Of a DNA stretch of 64,000 nucleotides, positions 1 to 9,550 are shown one piece after another (the first letter of the stretch is position 1; each line of letters opens with the position of its first letter). Source of the DNA: Elusimicrobiota bacterium (lineage in GTDB: Bacteria > Elusimicrobiota > Endomicrobiia > Endomicrobiales > JBDRNC01). The translations under genes were made by a program, and so were the position numbers. Location of the stretch: contig JBDRNC010000018.1 in the NCBI GenBank assembly GCA_043811535.1, positions 96,001 through 160,000 on the forward strand, in the 5' to 3' direction. The notes below the pieces were generated by a model. It ran no database searches and was not told where the DNA came from. It worked only from the letters and a program-made list of their open reading frames with translations.

Positions 1-675
1 CATCATGGCGGTTATGAAATCTACGGACTTCAAAAGGATGACTCCGGGAAGTATTTTTACGGGAAACTGCTTTGCCCTGTCGGCGAAATCTTTGTATTTC
101 CGGATATCAAAAATGGGCTGCGTCTGAAAGAACTGCGCGCCCGCGCGCTGTTTCTTATCAAGCATGACAAGCTGAAGTTCCGACGGTTCCGCAGACGGAT
201 TCGTTACGGCTCCGAGACAAAACCTTGGGCTGCCGCTGAGTTTTTTTCCGGCAAGGTCTACTCCCGACTCAAGGGTTCGGGCCGTTGTCAGAAGCTGTAC
301 CGGGTCCAGGTCAAACACGCATTTCGCGTCCTTGTTCTCACCGATCTTCGGATGGTCTCCGCTTAAAACGAGGACATTCTCCACTCCGAGCACGTACGCG
401 CTCAGCAGGTCGGACTGCAGGGCTATCCTGTTTCGGTCCCTGCATGTCATCTGAAGAATAGGCTCGTAGCCCTTCTCCTTCAATAGCCTGCAAACCGCCA
501 GAGAACCGAGGCGCATTGAGGCGCGCTGGTTGTCAGTGATGTTTATCCCGTCAACGAGAGGCCCTATGATATCCGCTTTTCTGAGGAGTTTTTCGGTATT
601 GATTCCCTTCGGCGGGTACAGTTCGGCCGTGACTATGAATTTCTTGGATTTGAGTTTTTCGCAGAATTTGCTCAA
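1..675 (-). CDS. metF: Methylenetetrahydrofolate reductase (3' end runs off the window)
   Basis: Not in the ORF track. Manual translation from TTG at 675 (GAGG SD upstream): MSKFCEKLKSKKFIVTAELYPPKG...GINITDNQRASMRLGS...QMTCRDRNRIALQSDLL...GDHP...QTQPIFD, typical MTHFR motifs. Adjacent to a MetV-like gene. Confidence 0.9.
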   Translation of the reverse strand, partial: MSKFCEKLKSKKFIVTAELYPPKGINTEKLLRKADIIGPLVDGINITDNQRASMRLGSLAVCRLLKEKGYEPILQMTCRDRNRIALQSDLLSAYVLGVENVLVLSGDHPKIGENKDAKCVFDLDPVQLLTTARTLESGVDLAGKKLSGSPRFCLGAVTNPSAEPSELQLVMLDKKQRAGAQFFQTQPIFDIRKYKDFADRAKQFPVKILPGVILLKSVDFITAMM

Positions 676-723
676 TGTATTAAAACCTCGTACCGAGTAT
701 CGTGTATCGGGTATTGCGTAACA

Positions 724-1374
724 TTACCGGCCTATTGTCTTGGCTCTGTTCACCTTGGACGGTTTGGCGTACTTCCGGGGCGGCGTGTATTCCCCTGAAA
801 TGCTTTTTTCGGCGCCGCGTTCCTTCAATTTGTTGTATATGAGCACCCACGCGCAGTCCTTGTCGGTATCTACTTCGCACTTTCCGTCAACCATACCCCC
901 GCACGGACCGTTAACAAGGCTCTTTGAGCACCGCGTCACGGGGCAGATCCCGGCGGTCCTGTCCACTATGCATTCCCCGCAAACCGAGCAGAATTCGTTG
1001 TAAACGCCTATGCGCTCAACCGTGCCCACAAAGACAGGATTCAGCCCGGGAAGAAGAGGCTTGTTCACGACTTTCTCGACAGCCTGCATCCCGGCTCCGC
1101 ATGTAAGAAAAAGGACCGCGTCGGATTCATCCGCTTCCGCGGATTTCGACAGGTCTTTCTTGGCTATCCTTATGTCGCACGGGGTATCGAGTATCTTATA
1201 ACCCGTTACCTTTTTCCCGTTTTTCTCAAGTTCTTTCGCGGTTTTCTTCACGGCCTCTTCGTCGCCCGTCTGGCATTTTGTGGCGCATGCCGCGCAGCCG
1301 ACGATGAAAACCTTGTGGTAGGGTTTCAGTTTTTCCAGTATTTCCTCAAGCGGTTTAGATTCGGTTATTATCAT
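724..1374 (-). CDS. MTHFR C-terminal-domain / MetV-like Cys-rich subunit
   Basis: GCAACATKC, CSVCGEC, CPVTRCSKSLVNGPCGG..GKCEV...CAW motifs; directly upstream of metF. Confidence 0.85.
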   Translation of the reverse strand: MIITESKPLEEILEKLKPYHKVFIVGCAACATKCQTGDEEAVKKTAKELEKNGKKVTGYKILDTPCDIRIAKKDLSKSAEADESDAVLFLTCGAGMQAVEKVVNKPLLPGLNPVFVGTVERIGVYNEFCSVCGECIVDRTAGICPVTRCSKSLVNGPCGGMVDGKCEVDTDKDCAWVLIYNKLKERGAEKSISGEYTPPRKYAKPSKVNRAKTIGR

Positions 1375-1423
1375 ATAAATTCAGAAATTGGCAATTGGCG
1401 ATTAGCAATTAGTTAACTGCTTC

Positions 1424-2011
1424 CTACTTCTTTCCGTCTTCCTTCTGCTTTGGAATTTTCGAGGCTGCTTTTTCCCAGCCTTCATCGAGTATCATCCGGA
1501 CGACTCTGACGGCTTCAAGCTTGATATTTTCAACATTCTCTTTCTGGGATTTATCAAACTTAGACAACACAAAATCAGCGGGATCGATCCATGGAGGGAC
1601 GGGGCCGATGCCCATTCTAAGGCGCGGAAAAACGGAAGTGCTGATGTTCTCTATTATGGATGCCAGCCCGTTATGTCCGCCGTCTGATCCTGACTTGCGC
1701 AGTCTTATTTTTTCAAACGGGAGAGAGAAATCGTCGCTGATAACAAGCATCTCTTCCGGAGCTATCCCGTAATAATCCAGAACAGCCCTTACCGCGGAAC
1801 CGGAATTATTCATGTAGGTCTGCGGTTTGACCAGAAGCCTGACACCGGAAGAACCAGGCGCTGAAACCAGCGATTTGAACTTCTTTTCAAGCTTCCATCC
1901 GGATTTCCATATGTCGGCGAGCATCTCTACGGCCTGAAACCCGAGATTGTGCCGGGTTTTTTCATATCCCTTGCCCGGATTTCCAAGACCGACTATCAGT
2001 TTAATGGACAT
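1424..2011 (-). CDS. pth: Peptidyl-tRNA hydrolase
   Basis: LIVGLGNPG..Y..TRHNLGF, KPQTYMNNSG and GGHNGL motifs. Confidence 0.97.
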   Translation of the reverse strand: MSIKLIVGLGNPGKGYEKTRHNLGFQAVEMLADIWKSGWKLEKKFKSLVSAPGSSGVRLLVKPQTYMNNSGSAVRAVLDYYGIAPEEMLVISDDFSLPFEKIRLRKSGSDGGHNGLASIIENISTSVFPRLRMGIGPVPPWIDPADFVLSKFDKSQKENVENIKLEAVRVVRMILDEGWEKAASKIPKQKEDGKK

Positions 2012-2126
2012 AACATATATGGCTAAATGGCTGCCTGGTTAAATGGCTAACAGCAAGGCACTGTAAAGAGCAGTTTAGCCATTTGGCAATTGAACCATTT
2101 GACCATTTAATATAGCCATTGAGCCA

Positions 2127-2882
2127 TTATTTTTTCGGTTCAGCTTTCTTCGGCTCTGCGGCTTTCTCGCCGGGTTTTGCCGCTTCAGGCTTCTTCGCGG
2201 CGCCTTTTTCATCAACTGCGGCCGCTTCTTCGCCTTCCTCATCCTTCTTGCCTTTCTTGATGACTTCCGGTTCAGCCGAACCGACCGCTGCCACGACTTC
2301 GGTGCCGGGCGCGGGTTCCTCAAGAATGGTAGGGGCGACTATATTGACTACGAACGAGTCAGGATCGGTGAGAATCTCCACACCCTGCATGGCGGAAATG
2401 TCCCTTACATGCAGCGCCTGATTGATCTCAAGTTTGGAAACATCAATGTTGATAGACTTGGGAATATCGGTGGGCAGACACTTGACCCTGACTTCGCGCT
2501 GAATGTGTTCAAGGATGCCTCCTCCGAGCTTAACGCCGGGAGCCTCGCCGATTATGTGCAAGGATACGCTGACTTCGATCTTGTCTTTAAGCGATATCAT
2601 CAGGAAATCGATATGTATCGGTTTCTGCGTGATTATATCGCGCTGGATCTCCTTCACGATCACGGTCTTGCTCTCGCTTCCAATCTTTAAATTCACGAGA
2701 ATGTTGGCGCCGGCTTCCGATGATATGATCTTTTCGAATTTTTTCGCGTCGATCACGATAACCTTGACCTCTTCCTTCGCTCCGTAAAGGACCGCCGGGA
2801 TCTTGCCTCCGGTCCTCAGGTCCCTGAGTTTGTTCTTAGGCGACATTTCGCGACTTTCGGCTTCAATGACTACCTGCTGCAT
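2127..2882 (-). CDS. rplY: 50S ribosomal protein L25 / general stress protein Ctc
   Basis: LR..GKIPAVLYG, HIDF and CLPTDIP motifs with an acidic/Lys tail. Start moved to the ATG at 2882 behind AAGGAG. Confidence 0.95.
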   Translation of the reverse strand: MQQVVIEAESREMSPKNKLRDLRTGGKIPAVLYGAKEEVKVIVIDAKKFEKIISSEAGANILVNLKIGSESKTVIVKEIQRDIITQKPIHIDFLMISLKDKIEVSVSLHIIGEAPGVKLGGGILEHIQREVRVKCLPTDIPKSINIDVSKLEINQALHVRDISAMQGVEILTDPDSFVVNIVAPTILEEPAPGTEVVAAVGSAEPEVIKKGKKDEEGEEAAAVDEKGAAKKPEAAKPGEKAAEPKKAEPKK

Positions 2883-3101
2883 ACCTTTCTCCTTTGTTGC
2901 TTTTATTTTTTTCCGTTTTGTTTCCGCAAACACTAAATCCAAAATACTAAAAACTAAATAAATCTTAATTCACAAATCCAAAACAACTGCTTTTATGTTT
3001 TCGGCTTTGAACTCTGAGTTTATTTAGAGTTTAGTGTTTAGAATTTAGTATTTTTAAACAGCTAACTGACCAAATAAACACTGTTGCAGGATATTTAACC
3101 C

Positions 3102-4031
3102 CTAGACAAATAGGGCGCTTACAGATTGATCGTTGTGTATCCTCATTATCGCTTCGCCCAGCAGTTTTGAGATCGTCAGCACTGTTATCTTGTCCACCTT
3201 TTTTACGTCCATCGCGATAGAATCCGTTATTATAAGCTCTTCAATGCAGGATTCCTGTATCTTTTTCAAGGCCTCGCCCGAAAGCACACCGTGTGAAATA
3301 GCCGCGGCAACCATCTTGGCGCCGCTTTTCTTGAGCGCTTCGGCCACTTTCACAAGCGTCCCCGCGGTATCCACTATGTCGTCGTAAATAATCGCTGTTT
3401 TCCCGGAAACTTCGCCTATTATGTTCATGATAGCGGCTTCGTTCGGCTTCGGGCGGCGTTTATCTATAATGGCCAGGTCCGCGTCCAGGCGTTTCGCGAA
3501 CGCGCGGGCGCGTTCCACGCCGCCGGCATCGGGAGAAACGACCACCATATCCTGCAGATTCTTGTTCTTCAGATATTCAAGAAAGACCGGCGTCGCGTAC
3601 AGGTGATCCACCGGTATGTCAAAAAATCCCTGCAGCTGGCCCGCGTGCAGGTCCATCGTAAGAAGCCTGTCAACTCCGGACGCCACTATCAAATTAGCCA
3701 CAAGTTTGGATGTTATCGGGACGCGCGGCTCGGACTTTCTGTCCTGCCTGCCGTAGCCGTAATAGGGCATTACCGCGGTAATTCGCGCAGCCGACGAGCG
3801 TCTCATCGCGTCTATCATTATGAGCATTTCCATCAGGTTTTCGCTGACGGGGGTGCATGTCGGTTGAATCACGTAACAATCCACGCCGCGCACGTTTTCT
3901 TCCAGCCTTACCTGGATTTCGCCGTCGCTGAAACGGTTAACCTGGGCTTTCCCCATAGGAACGTCTATGTGCTTTACGATCTTTTCAGCAAGTTCCTTAT
4001 TGGCATTCCCCGTAAAAATCTTAATGTCCAT
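3102..4031 (-). CDS. prs: Ribose-phosphate pyrophosphokinase
   Basis: FSDGEI, PYYGYGRQDRK, DLHAGQ, VSPDAGG and DDIVDTAGT motifs. Confidence 0.98.
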   Translation of the reverse strand: MDIKIFTGNANKELAEKIVKHIDVPMGKAQVNRFSDGEIQVRLEENVRGVDCYVIQPTCTPVSENLMEMLIMIDAMRRSSAARITAVMPYYGYGRQDRKSEPRVPITSKLVANLIVASGVDRLLTMDLHAGQLQGFFDIPVDHLYATPVFLEYLKNKNLQDMVVVSPDAGGVERARAFAKRLDADLAIIDKRRPKPNEAAIMNIIGEVSGKTAIIYDDIVDTAGTLVKVAEALKKSGAKMVAAAISHGVLSGEALKKIQESCIEELIITDSIAMDVKKVDKITVLTISKLLGEAIMRIHNDQSVSALFV

Positions 4032-4088
4032 GTTAAACCCCTTATTTATTACATATTATAAATTACAGATTACAAATTGTCACGCAAG

Positions 4089-4165
4089 TGTCATCCCCGA
4101 ATGCCTCTATCGGGGATCCATTCTTACTAAAAGCATAGATCCCCGCTTACAACCGCGGGGATGAC
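4089..4165. repeat. REP-like palindromic element (GTCATCCCCG...GGATCC...CGGGGATGAC family)
   Basis: Inverted ends GTCATCCCCG / CGGGGATGAC with internal hairpins. Related copy at 34199-34268 and a half copy at about 53005-53026. Confidence 0.75.
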
Positions 4166-4179
4166 CTTGTGATACGGAG

Positions 4180-5538
4180 TTATTTTTTGCGCCTTATTTT
4201 GTTTATTTGTCTGGCTCTCGCTATCGCCAGCGACTTGCCGGGAATATTATCGGTAATCGTGGAACCCGCGCCGATTATCACGTCGGCCCCCACCCTTACG
4301 GGCGCCACAAGATTCACATTGGAACCGACAAAAGACCTGTCGCCTATATATGTCTTGTTTTTTCTGGTACCGTCGTAGTTACAGGTTATCGTCCCCGCGC
4401 CTATATTGACTTCTTCGCCAAGGAACGAATCGCCTATGTATGACAGGTGGCTTACCTTCGCGCCGAAACCTATCACCGAGTTCTTTATTTCGCAGAAATT
4501 TCCGACCCTTGCCCCGGTTTTGACCTTTGTGCCGGGACGCAGGTGCGCGAACGGGCCAATCTTGGCCTTGTCCGATATCAGCGAATCGTATATGTATGAG
4601 CTCCTGATTTCCACGCCGTCGCCTATACGCGAATCGCTGATGAAGGCCGCCGGGCCGATTGAACAGTTTCTGCCTATCACGGATTCCCCTTCAATAAACG
4701 TGCCCGGATATATCACGGTATCGGTCCCGATCCTGGCTTTCAGGGACACGTAAGTGTTGTCCGGATCTACGATAGTGACGCCCTTTATCATCCATTCGAT
4801 CAGTATCCTTTTTCTGACAACGGATTCGGCATAAGCAAGTTCCGAGCGGTTGTTTATGCCGATCGTTTCCTCGAATACGGCCTTCGCGACCGCTTCAACC
4901 TTTTCGCCCATATCGAAAAGGATCTTGACCGCGTCGGTCAGGTAATATTCTTTCTTGACGTTGTCAGGCGATATCTTTCCCAAAATTTTCCAAACAAGCG
5001 GGCTTGAAAAACAGTAGACTCCGCTGTTTATTTCTTTGATTTTCTTTTCTGCGGGCGCCGCGTCTTTCTCTTCGACTATAGCCCTGAAACCGCCGGCGTT
5101 GGAACGCACGATCCTGCCGTAGCCGAAAGGTTCTTTCGCCATGGAAGACAGAACCGTTACGGAATTGCCGCGCGCGCGGTGGATATTCACAAGCTCCTTA
5201 AGCGTGGAGGATTTTATAAGCGGGGCGTCGCCGCAAACAACCAGCACGTCGCCCTTGAACCTGACGAGCGCCTTTTCCGCCCGGTGAAGCGCGTGCCCCG
5301 AACCGAGCTGTTTGTTCTGTTCGGCAAAAATGATACTGTCCTTGGCGAGTTCCGCCCTGACCCGTTTCGATTCATGGCCGACTATCATTACGGTTTTTTC
5401 CGGCCTGATGCCGGCTGTCGAAGCCATGACCCATTTAATAAGGGTCGTTCCCGAAAGCCTGTGCAGGACTTTCGGCAGGTCCGATTTCATCCGGGTGCCT
5501 TCACCCGCCGCTAAGATGACAATTGCAAGTTTTTTCAT
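4180..5538 (-). CDS. glmU: Bifunctional UDP-GlcNAc pyrophosphorylase / glucosamine-1-P acetyltransferase
   Basis: ILAAGEGTRMKS..PKVLH, GYGRIVR, EYYLTD, hexapeptide repeats, GAGTITCNYDG. Confidence 0.98.
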   Translation of the reverse strand: MKKLAIVILAAGEGTRMKSDLPKVLHRLSGTTLIKWVMASTAGIRPEKTVMIVGHESKRVRAELAKDSIIFAEQNKQLGSGHALHRAEKALVRFKGDVLVVCGDAPLIKSSTLKELVNIHRARGNSVTVLSSMAKEPFGYGRIVRSNAGGFRAIVEEKDAAPAEKKIKEINSGVYCFSSPLVWKILGKISPDNVKKEYYLTDAVKILFDMGEKVEAVAKAVFEETIGINNRSELAYAESVVRKRILIEWMIKGVTIVDPDNTYVSLKARIGTDTVIYPGTFIEGESVIGRNCSIGPAAFISDSRIGDGVEIRSSYIYDSLISDKAKIGPFAHLRPGTKVKTGARVGNFCEIKNSVIGFGAKVSHLSYIGDSFLGEEVNIGAGTITCNYDGTRKNKTYIGDRSFVGSNVNLVAPVRVGADVIIGAGSTITDNIPGKSLAIARARQINKIRRKK

Positions 5539-5547
5539 AAATTTTTA

Positions 5548-5626
5548 AAGGTGCTCCGTACTTAAATAAAGTACGTCAGATTCTTTATTCTGAAGGTGCT
5601 CCGTCCCGCGCTTCGCTGGGACGTCG
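5548..5626. repeat. Two degenerate copies of an AAGGTGCTCCG...ACGTC repeat
   Basis: aaggtgctccgtac...gtacgtc and aaggtgctccgtcccgcg...gggacgtcg. The same motif occurs in-frame at 18603-18707. Confidence 0.65.
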
Positions 5627-5652
5627 TGCTTTTTAACTTGCGTCAAAAAGCA

Positions 5653-5723
5653 CTCCGGGGCCAGGATTCGAACCTGAACAAAAGGATCCAAATTCCTTTG
5701 TGCTACCATTACACCACCCCGGA
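5653..5723 (-). tRNA. tRNA-Gln (anticodon TTG), CCA not encoded
   Basis: TCCGGGG acceptor stem, D arm GTGT/GCAC, anticodon arm AAGGA-ATTTGGA-TCCTT, T arm TCAGG-TTCGAAT-CCTGG. Usual position upstream of glmU/prs. Confidence 0.95.
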
Positions 5724-5866
5724 ATTATACTGCGAAATATAGGAAGGTTTTTGCCCGGACACCCGAGATTGGGATGAAGAATCTCATTTTTTGCCGGCTA
5801 TTCGATCCTTCGCTTCACTCAGGATGAGTTCGTTGTCCGCCATCGCTACAGTGGCGGACATCGGAT

Positions 5867-6136
5867 TCATTTCGCTTCTGTTCCCTGGATGACTTTCTCG
5901 TACTCTTTCAAAACAATCTGTTCAAGTTCGTGTCGAAACTCGTTGGTAATCGGATGAGCGATGTCCTTGAAGGTCCCGTCGTTCATCTTCCTCGAAGGCA
6001 TGCACACCATCAATCCTTTCTCGCCTTTCACAATGCGCAGGTTATGGATAACGAACACATTATCGAACGTGATGGCGGCGTAAGCCTTTAGCTTCTCTTC
6101 ACCTTTCGGGAAAATTCGCACTTCTGTGATGTTCAT
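5867..6136 (-). CDS. spoVG: Septation regulator SpoVG
   Basis: MNITEVRI...LKAYA.ITFD..FVIH...MPSRK...FKDIAHPI. ATG at 6136 follows GGAGGAG. Confidence 0.95.
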   Translation of the reverse strand: MNITEVRIFPKGEEKLKAYAAITFDNVFVIHNLRIVKGEKGLMVCMPSRKMNDGTFKDIAHPITNEFRHELEQIVLKEYEKVIQGTEAK

Positions 6137-6170
6137 CTCTCCTCCATCGGGGAACAATTAGCCGCTCAGC

Positions 6171-7076
6171 TCAGGAGACCGATTTTACCAACCAGACATC
6201 CCAGGAAAACTTGCTCAGTTTCTGCCTTATTCTTTCCCCTTCAGTAACCGAAGACATCGGAGCAAAGACCGTAGAACCGGAACCAGACATAAGGCACCGG
6301 CACCCCATCAGCTCCAAAGTGTCTTTGATTTCCCGTATTGCCCTATGACAGGGCAATACTGCCTCTTCCAGCCTGTTGAATATGTGCTTTCCCCATTTTT
6401 CCGGTGAAGAGCCGCCTGCCAATAACTGCTTAATTTTATGAATTTTTTGTTTGTTTGTCAATGGAAATTTAAGTTTCTTATACACCGAAGCCGTGGAGAC
6501 CGGAAACCCGGGATTTACAAGCAGAAACCAGTCCGTTTTGGACCTTTTTATTGTTTTTATCCTGTCTCCTATGCCCTTAGCCTCCGCCAAACCGCCGTAC
6601 AGGAAAAATGGGACATCCGCTCCGAGCCCCGCGGCCAGCCTGACCAGCTCTTTTTCCGAAACCTTCCTTTTCCATAGTTTCAAAAGGCCTTTTAGCGCGG
6701 CGGCCGCGTCAGACGACCCGCCCCCGAGCCCGGCTCCCATCGGGATCCTCTTTTTCAACCGGATCTCAACACCTGCAGCGACGCCGAGTCTTGTTTTCAG
6801 CAGTTCCGCGGCCCTGTATACAAGGTTTCTCTTGTCCGAACGCAGTTCCGGAATATTGCATTTCACCGTAATCCCTTCCTTTCTGCGCGAGAATCCAAGT
6901 TCGTCGTAAAGCGAAACCGTGCGGAATATGGTCTCTATGTTGTGGTAGCCGTCCGGGCGCCGGCCGGCTACTTCCAGGAACAGATTAATTTTTGCCGGGG
7001 CCAGCATCTTCACCCCGTTAGAGACGGGCCGCTTTTTAGCGGCCCCGTGAAAAATAATTTTGTCTTTACGAATCAT
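6171..7076 (-). CDS. ispE: 4-diphosphocytidyl-2-C-methyl-D-erythritol kinase; about 22 N-terminal residues come from a repeat element (core starts near 7007)
   Basis: APAKINLFL, DGYH, IPMGAGLGGGSSDAA, GADVPFF and MSGSGS motifs. Confidence 0.95.
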   Translation of the reverse strand: MIRKDKIIFHGAAKKRPVSNGVKMLAPAKINLFLEVAGRRPDGYHNIETIFRTVSLYDELGFSRRKEGITVKCNIPELRSDKRNLVYRAAELLKTRLGVAAGVEIRLKKRIPMGAGLGGGSSDAAAALKGLLKLWKRKVSEKELVRLAAGLGADVPFFLYGGLAEAKGIGDRIKTIKRSKTDWFLLVNPGFPVSTASVYKKLKFPLTNKQKIHKIKQLLAGGSSPEKWGKHIFNRLEEAVLPCHRAIREIKDTLELMGCRCLMSGSGSTVFAPMSSVTEGERIRQKLSKFSWDVWLVKSVS

Positions 7077-7139
7077 AATTAAATACTGAATATCCCAATA
7101 TTATCTAAATGACTCTTTATGCGTCTCTAACGGGGTGAA
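7009..7139. mobile_element. MITE-like element with 18-bp perfect terminal inverted repeats
   Basis: ttcaccccgttagagacg (7009-7026) and cgtctctaacggggtgaa (7122-7139); internal ggccgc-N6-gcggcc hairpin. Mobility is inferred, not shown. Confidence 0.75.
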
Positions 7140-9382
7140 TCCGTCTTATTCTCCTGAGGGTTAATTTCAAAGATACCGTTGTCCAGTTCTTCGTTAAGGA
7201 TATATTGCCGGAATTTCATTTTTGCGGATGATTTTTCCGCCCTGATAAAGATGTCCATTTCAGCGGGCAGGTAGATCCCCTCTACTCTTGAGTACTTGCC
7301 GAATTTAACAACCGCGCTTTTATCGCTGTATTCTGAAACAAAACCGTTGCTGCTGTCGATGACCAGCGTTCTCCCGCCTAAAGAATAGATTATCCTTTTG
7401 TTTTTCTTTTCCGAAACCGTCTGGTCCGAATCGAACGATTCCAGCAGGTCAGCGTTGAAATATCCGCTTATCTTGTCAAAAAGCGGCATCGCGCGGGCGT
7501 CGATGTCTTTGCTGAGAGCTTCGGGGAATATTTTTACTACGTCTTTCCGTATTATGACCATTTTCGGGGCAAAAAAACTTCCAAGCACGTCTATGCGCCA
7601 CTCCCCGGGACGCAGATACGTAAAAGTCCCTAAAGAATGGATATTGTTGGAGGATATCACGCCGGCGAGCGAGAAATTGAACCTGAGTGTCCTTACCTGG
7701 AGCAGGTTGCCGACGGCGCGCTTGAGCAGTTTGCGCTGGATGGTTTTCGGCATAACCAGCGATTCCATCTTTTTGAGCTTTTCGGAGAGTTTTTTGTTCT
7801 TTGGATCATTGAAGTAGGCGCTCTGATAGGCATCCCACGCCTCGGCGTTCTTGTCGAGCTTGACAAGCGCGTCTCCGTAATGTTCAAAGATAATCGGGTC
7901 GTTATTGTTCTCGGAAGCAGTTTTGAGCAGTTTTTCAGCCCCCGCGTAATCGCCTTTTTTGTAATAAACCCACCCGAGCGAATCCTGAAACGCGGAATTG
8001 GTCGTGTCCAGCGCCAGCGCTCTCTTTATCAGGCCTTCAGCCTTGTCCAGCTCCTTGTCCCTGTCGGCCAGCGAATAACCGAGGTAATTCAGCGCCGTAG
8101 CGAAATCCGGTTTCAGTTCGACGGCTTTTTCCAGCCGCGGGACCGCTTTGTCAAATTTTCCCGTAAGATCGTATATAATGCCCAGCTGGAAATGCGCCTC
8201 AGCGATGTCGGGCTTGAGTTCCACGGCCCTGGCAATATTCTTTTCCGCGTCCTTGTATTGCCTGGTGTCCATGTAATTCAACCCGAGCAGGAAATACCCG
8301 TATGTATTGTTAGGGTCGATTTCAAGGGATTTTTTAAGGCATCTGACGGAGTTCTTGTAGTCCTTTCTTACGGAATAAAGATAACCCAGTTTTGAGAAAA
8401 TAATCGCGTTCTCGGTTTCCCGGGAAAAAAGCTCGAAATACTTTATCGCGGAATCCGTGTCCTTTTTCTCTTCCGAAACTACCCCGAGCCAGTAATTTAT
8501 GGTATTATCCTTAGGATTCAGATCTCTCGCTTTCAGGAACATTTCAACGGAAGAATCGAATTTTTTCAGCTCGTAATAGAGCCCGGCAAGATGCACAGCG
8601 ACCGCGGAATTTTTGGGGTCAAGCGTCATGAATTTGTCATATTGCTCAACGGCCTCGTCGAATTTTCTCTGCTTTTCATAATTTTCAGCCAGAGCCAGGC
8701 GCGCGAAGAGATTTTCGGGCGCCAGCGCCACCGCTTTTCCGAACGAAACCTGCGCATTTTCGATCTGCCCCAGTTTTTGCTGCGTTACGCCCATCTGCTG
8801 CCAGCCGTCCGCGTAGCCGGGCTGCCGCTTTATGTAGTCATCCCAGTATTCAAGTGATTTTTCCGGGTCATTTTCCGTGTGATAGAACGCAAGGTACAGC
8901 AGGGCCGTTTCGTTGCCGGGGTCAAGCTTAAGGACTTTTTCCAGCGATTCTTTGGCCGCGGCGGCTTTTCCGGTCATGACATAGAAACTTCCGAGAAAAA
9001 GCTGGGCGGAAACATCTTCGCCCTCCAGCTCCTTCAGTTTATCGGCGGCGGCAAAAGAGTCTTCGGCTTTCCCCATCTGCCAGTAAAGCAGGGCAAGATC
9101 GCGGTAGACCACTGCGGCATTATTGTCAATATCAATAACATGCTTGTATTCGGCCAGGGCCGATTCAAAATCCCCGCCGCGCTGCGCCACAAGAGCCCTC
9201 GCGTACGACTGATACGCGTCCAATGGAACCGCAAACGCGGATTGGACGCAGATAAAGGCGCAGATTAGCGCGGGCAGCATAAAGTTAAGCGCCCTATTCA
9301 CCCCGTTAGAGACAGGCCGCACTCGTGCGGCCGCGATATCTCCGGCTCTTTTGGCAGTGTTTGCGCTCTTATCATTCATCAT
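7127..9382 (-). CDS. Exported tetratricopeptide-repeat protein with a C-terminal beta-rich (LolA-like?) region
   Basis: Many TPR units (e.g. ALNYLGYSLAD...DSLGWVYYKKGDY) and a signal-like MLPALICAFICVQSAFA. Both termini are contributed by CCCCGTTAGA elements. Confidence 0.85.
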   Translation of the reverse strand: MMNDKSANTAKRAGDIAAARVRPVSNGVNRALNFMLPALICAFICVQSAFAVPLDAYQSYARALVAQRGGDFESALAEYKHVIDIDNNAAVVYRDLALLYWQMGKAEDSFAAADKLKELEGEDVSAQLFLGSFYVMTGKAAAAKESLEKVLKLDPGNETALLYLAFYHTENDPEKSLEYWDDYIKRQPGYADGWQQMGVTQQKLGQIENAQVSFGKAVALAPENLFARLALAENYEKQRKFDEAVEQYDKFMTLDPKNSAVAVHLAGLYYELKKFDSSVEMFLKARDLNPKDNTINYWLGVVSEEKKDTDSAIKYFELFSRETENAIIFSKLGYLYSVRKDYKNSVRCLKKSLEIDPNNTYGYFLLGLNYMDTRQYKDAEKNIARAVELKPDIAEAHFQLGIIYDLTGKFDKAVPRLEKAVELKPDFATALNYLGYSLADRDKELDKAEGLIKRALALDTTNSAFQDSLGWVYYKKGDYAGAEKLLKTASENNNDPIIFEHYGDALVKLDKNAEAWDAYQSAYFNDPKNKKLSEKLKKMESLVMPKTIQRKLLKRAVGNLLQVRTLRFNFSLAGVISSNNIHSLGTFTYLRPGEWRIDVLGSFFAPKMVIIRKDVVKIFPEALSKDIDARAMPLFDKISGYFNADLLESFDSDQTVSEKKNKRIIYSLGGRTLVIDSSNGFVSEYSDKSAVVKFGKYSRVEGIYLPAEMDIFIRAEKSSAKMKFRQYILNEELDNGIFEINPQENKTDSPR

Positions 9383-9550
9383 AATTTGTGATTTCCCTTA
9401 TAACTCTGTGTCTCTACCGGGGTCACCCCGTTAGAGACAGGCCGCACTCGGGCGGCCGCTACATCTCCGGCTCTTTTGGCAGTGTTTGCGCTCTTATCAT
9501 TCATCATAATGTGTGATTTCCCTTATGCTTCTGTGTCTCTAACGGGGTCA
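9298..9550. mobile_element. Tandem pair of 122-bp MITE-like elements (125-bp period) separated and flanked by TCA
   Basis: TCA-[9301-9422]-TCA-[9426-9547]-TCA. Ends are ccccgttagagaca / tgtctcta(a/c)cgggg and the two copies are highly similar. Confidence 0.85.
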
